This document shows, piece after piece, positions 8,036 to 12,372 of a DNA stretch of 12,372 bases (positions are counted from its first letter, which is position 1; each line of letters opens with the position of its first letter). A model generated the notes under the pieces. The model was not told the DNA's origin, searched no databases, and was given only the letters and a program-made list of their open reading frames with translations. The stretch is from Candidatus Hodarchaeota archaeon (GTDB taxonomy: Archaea; Asgardarchaeota; Heimdallarchaeia; Hodarchaeales; Hodarchaeaceae), in the NCBI GenBank assembly GCA_016840035.1, contig JAEOTC010000253.1, forward strand, positions 1 to 12,372, in the 5' to 3' direction. Position numbers and translations under genes: made by a program.

Positions 8036-8991
8036 GAGAGATAAGCCATCCATTCAACCTTGGTATGGTTCAAGAAATAGATATCTTCTAAAATAACAGG
8101 ATTGGCAACAACCGTGTGATCAGACGGAGGTACATCAGAAAACAGAGAAGAGAGGGACGAAACATATTGTTGATGACAATAAAGGTCAATACCCCTAGAA
8201 GAGGTTTGGAAATATAGAATATCATCAATGGTAGCCAAATCAGGGATAGATTCACTGGAAATATCACCCCGAATTTCTACCCGTCGGAGTTGATCAAACT
8301 TATTCTTTAATTCAGAAATCCAGAGAGGTTGATGAAGCATAACACCCTTCTCAAGAATAAACACACGATCACAAACGGCTTCAATATCTTCGAGGATATG
8401 CGAAGAGATAAGAACCGTTTTATCAAAATCATCCGAGAGATCTAAGAGGAATTTACGAACCTGAATACGAGCTAAAGGGTCCAATCCACTGGTAGGTTCA
8501 TCGAGAATCAAGAGACGAGGATCATGAATAAGTGTAACCCCTAAACCTACCTTGTGTAACATCCCCTTGGAGAGTGATCTGATCGGTACATGTAAATACG
8601 AATCGATATCCAATGCTTTTATGACTCGCTCGCGCAAATCCGCTTGATCCACACGAGTATGATCACGGAGACGAGAGAAAAACTCCAAAACTTCAATCAC
8701 AGAGAAGTTGGGATAAAACGAGAAGCGTTCAGGAAGATAACCAATCAATTGCTTAATTTGAGTAGCCTCACGACTGGGATTTAGGCCGAAAATCTCAATA
8801 ATACCATAAGAAGGAAGAAGAAGGGTAGAAAGAATCCGAATAAGGGTCGTTTTACCCGCACCATTGTTACCCAGAATACCAACTGTCTCTCCCTCAGCGA
8901 CAGTAAGGTTAATGTTGTCTAAAACCACTTTATCTGGATAGTATATCCTTTTTATCTTTTCAAGATACACAGGTAAGGATTCATCAGACAT
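8032..8991 (-). CDS. ABC transporter ATP-binding protein (ABC-2/DrrA/CcmA-like exporter ATPase)
   Basis: Walker A GNNGAGKTT, signature LSKGM, Walker B/D-loop LLILDEPTSGLDP, H-loop ISSH. SD AAGGAG at 9001-9006. Confidence 0.95.
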   Translation of the reverse strand: MSDESLPVYLEKIKRIYYPDKVVLDNINLTVAEGETVGILGNNGAGKTTLIRILSTLLLPSYGIIEIFGLNPSREATQIKQLIGYLPERFSFYPNFSVIEVLEFFSRLRDHTRVDQADLRERVIKALDIDSYLHVPIRSLSKGMLHKVGLGVTLIHDPRLLILDEPTSGLDPLARIQVRKFLLDLSDDFDKTVLISSHILEDIEAVCDRVFILEKGVMLHQPLWISELKNKFDQLRRVEIRGDISSESIPDLATIDDILYFQTSSRGIDLYCHQQYVSSLSSLFSDVPPSDHTVVANPVILEDIYFLNHTKVEWMAYLS

Positions 8992-9035
8992 TACGATCCA
9001 CTCCTTCTCATAAGAATTTCAAACCCTTTAATGAA

Positions 9036-10550
9036 TTAAACCTCTCGGCCGAGAATTACAAAAACAATAAACCGCAAAATGAATAATCCAATGGATAACA
9101 GCAAAATAAAGATCCAAAAAAACCTACTCGAAACGGGGGTTTTCGTAAGAAAATCTGCTGTCACTCGCTGATCCTTATCTAAATCAAAGCTTACAAATTC
9201 TAACTCTTGTTGGTTTACTAGGAGTTGATAATAGTTTGCAAGTATCAACGCCAAAATAACTATACCCATACCGATACCCAGAACGTTGAACAAGTCAGCA
9301 AATACACAACAAAGGCCAATTACAAGCCAATTCCGATCAAACGTAAGATTATGACTATCAGTTCGAGTTCTGTTTAACAGCGGAGGAATTCGTTTACTAA
9401 AAAGTCTGTATAAACCTAAAAATACAGCTGTATAGACGATTCCATGCGAAAGTACTGTTAATGGGTCAGCAAATAAACCATCAAGGATATGAAAACGTGG
9501 AGAGCAGAAGTAAGCTAAACCCCCAGTAGGGACGTATTGCTCCGCTGCAGTATTCAATTGGTAAGTTCCCAATATCCATACAAAGATTGAGGAGGAATTT
9601 TCCCTTCCACTCGAATTCCAAACAACTTGACTAAGAAAACGGATAAGAGCGAAGAAAGTTGTCGTTAAAAGGATTGATAGCAAGGGGGAAGAGAGAGAAA
9701 CCTTGTGAGATTCTACATCGTCAAAATTATTACTATTAGATATCTGGAGCGACAAAAATGTCACCAAAAGGAAAATACCAATTGCAAACCATACAGAAAG
9801 AAGTGATAAATGAGGAAGGTTTAAGCTATGAGAACGAACGGGACTATAACGAAAGAATAAGAAGCCAAAAGCATTAAGACCCTCTTCTCCGATACAATAA
9901 AGAATAGCTAAAAAAATTCCCCGTGCTGATGTAAGTTCACCCGGTCCTTCTAAAATATTGTTGGAAGCAAGAAACGCCTGCATAATTTGCACCCAAATCC
10001 CACTTGCCAGAAAAATCGATATTCCCGAGCCTAATCCCCAACCTTTATTAATAAATTCATTTAAATAGATGATAATAATACCTGCTATAATCAATTGTCC
10101 GACAATTGAAAATTGAGTAAATATATCTAAATCTGTACCATATAATCCTGAAAGGATTAAAATCAAGGCCATAATTACAGTAAAAACGATACCCAAGAAA
10201 ATTCTGATACGATTGTACCGTTTAAGCTCATCAGGATGGGTAGGATCAAATTGGTAAAGATTGGTTCTTAAAAAAATGTGAAATACAAATCCAGCAGTTA
10301 AAAGTGGTAGAATCCCTAATTCGGTAGAAGTACCATGCTTAGAAGCCCCAATAATACGAATAATGCCATAAGGATCTGCTTCGCCGAGATTAGCCCCTAT
10401 TAGAGGAATGACGGCTAGCAGAGAGTATACAATGATAACCCCTAGAGTAATAAAGACCTTAACAGAAAAATTATCTTTATTAAGCGAGTTTATAAGCATT
10501 TTTTTAAGTAAGAAGCTGTTGTTTTCTTTTCCCAGATTTTCTTCCACCAT
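9036..10550 (-). CDS. secY: Divergent SecY/Sec61alpha paralogue with reduced cytosolic loops and an extra C-terminal TM helix
   Basis: Motifs in SecY order: IPLIG; plug DPYGIIRIIGASKHGT; ELGILPLLTAG; GLYG; QLIIAGIIIIYLNEFINKGWGLGSGISIF; PTGGLAYFCSP; DP...IVY; FADLFNVLGIGMGIVI...YYQ. ATG 10550 is preferred (GAGG 6 nt upstream). The symbol denotes homology only; this is probably not the housekeeping copy. Confidence 0.9.
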   Translation of the reverse strand: MVEENLGKENNSFLLKKMLINSLNKDNFSVKVFITLGVIIVYSLLAVIPLIGANLGEADPYGIIRIIGASKHGTSTELGILPLLTAGFVFHIFLRTNLYQFDPTHPDELKRYNRIRIFLGIVFTVIMALILILSGLYGTDLDIFTQFSIVGQLIIAGIIIIYLNEFINKGWGLGSGISIFLASGIWVQIMQAFLASNNILEGPGELTSARGIFLAILYCIGEEGLNAFGFLFFRYSPVRSHSLNLPHLSLLSVWFAIGIFLLVTFLSLQISNSNNFDDVESHKVSLSSPLLSILLTTTFFALIRFLSQVVWNSSGRENSSSIFVWILGTYQLNTAAEQYVPTGGLAYFCSPRFHILDGLFADPLTVLSHGIVYTAVFLGLYRLFSKRIPPLLNRTRTDSHNLTFDRNWLVIGLCCVFADLFNVLGIGMGIVILALILANYYQLLVNQQELEFVSFDLDKDQRVTADFLTKTPVSSRFFWIFILLLSIGLFILRFIVFVILGREV

Positions 10551-10628
10551 TCTCATCCTCTCAGCCTAGAAATTGCAGTCAAATTTCAAAAGTATTCTCT
10601 CCAATCTTGATAAGAAAGTGATTCTAAG

Positions 10629-10636
10629 TTATATAA
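10629..10636 (-). promoter_or_regulatory. Putative TATA box (TTATATAA) upstream of the secY paralogue
   Basis: Archaeal TATA consensus ~80 nt upstream of ATG 10550, in the intergenic gap. Confidence 0.45.
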
Positions 10637-10703
10637 TGCTTATGGTGCAATTATTTGACAAAAATCGGGAAAAAAGGAATAATGCAGTGTAGTGGTCAGT
10701 AGA

Positions 10704-11465
10704 CTAAGTGAGTAAATGCTTGAAACGAGGGGAAATCGTTAATCCTCTTCCATTTTGCTCAATAACATCATGAGTCCTTAAAATTTTTACATAATATGAC
10801 AGTAACGATTTGTGGATCCCTAAAGTTATACAGAGATCCTTTTGAAAAACCATTGTAGAACTTCCATGCAAACATTGAAGGATTTCTGCAATATTTTGGT
10901 TCTGAAGTAACGAAAATAATAATCGAGCATCTTCTGACCAATATTGGGACGTATCAAAATAATGGTTTGACTTTCCAAATTTTACCATTTCAATTTTACC
11001 TTCTTGTTCAAGAATACGCAACCAATATTGCACTGAACCCATGGCGACATTTGAAAGACGAATTATTCCACGAAGAGATACTCCTGGATGGTTTAATATG
11101 GTTGTTGAAATTACTTCACGAGTATCACGAGTTTCTTTCCATTCTTGAGACGAATGGATCATCTTATACAAGTTATAGACAACTGGAGGAATAAAAAATG
11201 CTGAAAGATGAATCCTATCAACTACGTGAGTCGACAAGCTACAAAAAGGATCAGATAGATCAGGGTTTAGGAAAAAGGACGATGCTACCATATCGGGAAT
11301 AACTACTTCGCCTTGATAGGAAGCCACCTGCTGGGGAACAGTATTCAGTGGTGAATTTCCAAATACGGCGAAGATAGAGAGAACTAGAAGTAGAACGGCT
11401 ATGATACCTCTTGCATGTAACCAAGTGATACGGAAGCGAATGAGTAATCCCCTCTTGATGATAAT
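10704..11465 (-). CDS. Double winged-helix transcriptional regulator (COG3398/ArsR-MarR-like) with a probable N-terminal TM segment; start uncertain
   Basis: HTH1: TREVISTTILNHPGVSLRGIIRLSNVAMGSVQYWLRILEQEGKI. HTH2: QKDLCITLGIHKSLLSYYVKILRTHDVI. The frame stays open upstream of the track's GTG 11327 to 11480 and encodes RGIIAVLLLVLSIFAFVFG. SD AAGGAG precedes in-frame ATC 11468 and ATT 11465. Confidence 0.75.
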   Translation of the reverse strand: MIIKRGLLIRFRITWLHARGIIAVLLLVLSIFAVFGNSPLNTVPQQVASYQGEVVIPDMVASSFFLNPDLSDPFCSLSTHVVDRIHLSAFFIPPVVYNLYKMIHSSQEWKETRDTREVISTTILNHPGVSLRGIIRLSNVAMGSVQYWLRILEQEGKIEMVKFGKSNHYFDTSQYWSEDARLLFSLLQNQNIAEILQCLHGSSTMVFQKDLCITLGIHKSLLSYYVKILRTHDVIEQNGRGLTISPRFKHLLT

Positions 11466-11628
11466 GATTCGTTCTCCTTTTTATGCTTTTCTTCTCCCTC
11501 ATCAGAAGTCAAAAGATTGTATTACAATCTTTAATCACAAGAGGTCGAACAAAAATGTCAAAAATGATTAGTAGTCCTCAGGAAAAATTTTAGAGAAAGA
11601 ATAAGAGAAAATCAGATGCAATTGGGAT

Positions 11629-11940
11629 TTATTTCTTTTTGGCTGAAGTGACGAAGGATTTAGCTTCCTCAGCAAGTGTAATCCATACCTCTAGCGGGCT
11701 CGGAGGAATAGCTACCCACTCTTTCATAAATTTCCCAGTACCTGGATCCCAAGGTAGCCCTTCCCCAGAATCAACGAGTTCTTTAACTCGGGTAGCGGCC
11801 ACCTTCACAACAAATTGGTCGTTTTTAGTCCACATAGCAAACATTTTCTTATTCTTTTTCAAGGAATTTCCTTGCTTCTGAACACCTGACATTTTTAGAA
11901 AGTGTTCCATTAGTCTCTCAAAATCTTCTTTCCCTGACAT
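11629..11940 (-). CDS. Small TfoX-N / MmcQ-YjbR-like putative nucleic-acid-binding protein
   Basis: LK-x-NKKMFAM...FVVKV...RVKELV..G.G..WDPGTGKFMKEWVAI...W..LAEEAKSFV is the typical pattern. Start M20 (11940) is preferred: GGTGTGG lies upstream, and TTATTAAG at 11981-11988 falls inside the longer ORF. Confidence 0.7.
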   Translation of the reverse strand: MSGKEDFERLMEHFLKMSGVQKQGNSLKKNKKMFAMWTKNDQFVVKVAATRVKELVDSGEGLPWDPGTGKFMKEWVAIPPSPLEVWITLAEEAKSFVTSAKKK

Positions 11941-12022
11941 TGGTCTTCCACACCGTTGATCAATGTTTTTAGTAAAAGGGCTTAATAATCTGTCCACTTC
12001 GTATGATCCAAAGCAATTATGC

Positions 12023-12372
12023 TTAGACTGATCGGGGTATATACCAAATCAAAAGGAGAGCAAAAACAAGCAAGAGTGGAATGGGAAGAATGATAGGATT
12101 AAGATTTTCACCCTGAGAATTTAACGTAAACAGTGCAGGGATAGATAATACAAGAGGGATTAACTCGCTGATTAAACTTATTAGAAGCATACGTTTCTTA
12201 TTAAATTTCCCAAAATAAAAAAGCGGAATTTCAAGTAAGAAAAAGAGTCTAAAGAAACAGTATTCAAAGTAGAACTGAAATGCACTAAAGAATCTCAGTG
12301 AATAAAAATGTGTTGAAAAAGGAATTTCCCACAGCAAGGAAACCAGAGAATTCGAACCAGGACCTAGATCAA
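12023..12372 (-). CDS. Partial hypothetical membrane protein (C-terminal part)
   Basis: The frame is open beyond the track's TTG 12337 to the window end (...DLGPGSNSLVSLLWEIP...). About 3 hydrophobic helices. Confidence 0.65.
   Translation of the reverse strand, partial: DLGPGSNSLVSLLWEIPFSTHFYSLRFFSAFQFYFEYCFFRLFFLLEIPLFYFGKFNKKRMLLISLISELIPLVLSIPALFTLNSQGENLNPIILPIPLLLVFALLLIWYIPRSV

Noticed and set aside
9036-10550. SecY paralogue as a pseudogene or as the housekeeping secY
   Set aside because: There are no stops or frameshifts, the SD/TATA and TM motifs are intact, and the deletions are in frame, which argues against a pseudogene. Loss of the ribosome-binding loops and the gene context argue against a housekeeping role. 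Neither is formally excluded.
11260-11502. 80-aa minus-strand ORF as an independent gene
   Set aside because: Non-protein-like composition, and it overlaps the TM-encoding extension of the wHTH frame. Only its first codons may matter, under the frameshift alternative.
10967-11881. Plus-strand ORFs 10967-11194 and 11639-11881
   Set aside because: Antisense to the wHTH and TfoX-like genes.

Overview
AT-rich archaeal-style window with GGAG/GGTGA Shine-Dalgarno motifs, TATA-like boxes, and a Thr-linker/GF/TM/basic surface-protein tail. The eukaryote-like Sec61alpha motifs suggest an Asgard (Heimdallarchaeia-like) source; this is inference. Left to right: a truncated small membrane ORF (-), an ICMT/PEMT-like membrane methyltransferase (+), an 853-aa surface protein with a duplicated GATase-like (DUF4350/GIFT-like) domain (-), an amidohydrolase (+), then a co-oriented minus-strand run (DUF4424-like anchored protein, ABC permease, ABC ATPase, divergent SecY/Sec61alpha paralogue, double winged-helix regulator, TfoX/YjbR-like protein, truncated membrane protein). 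The standout is the SecY paralogue. It lies outside ribosomal-protein gene context, has lost or degenerated both ribosome-binding loops, has apolar lateral-gate substitutions, and carries an extra C-terminal TM helix resembling a fused SecE/Sec61gamma. It sits 44 nt upstream of an ABC exporter, so it is a candidate accessory, ribosome-independent translocon. The adjacent regulator has a hidden N-terminal TM segment reachable only by a non-AUG start or a frameshift. No RNA genes, CRISPR arrays or mobile elements were seen. All homology calls are by-eye motif recognition, not database results.
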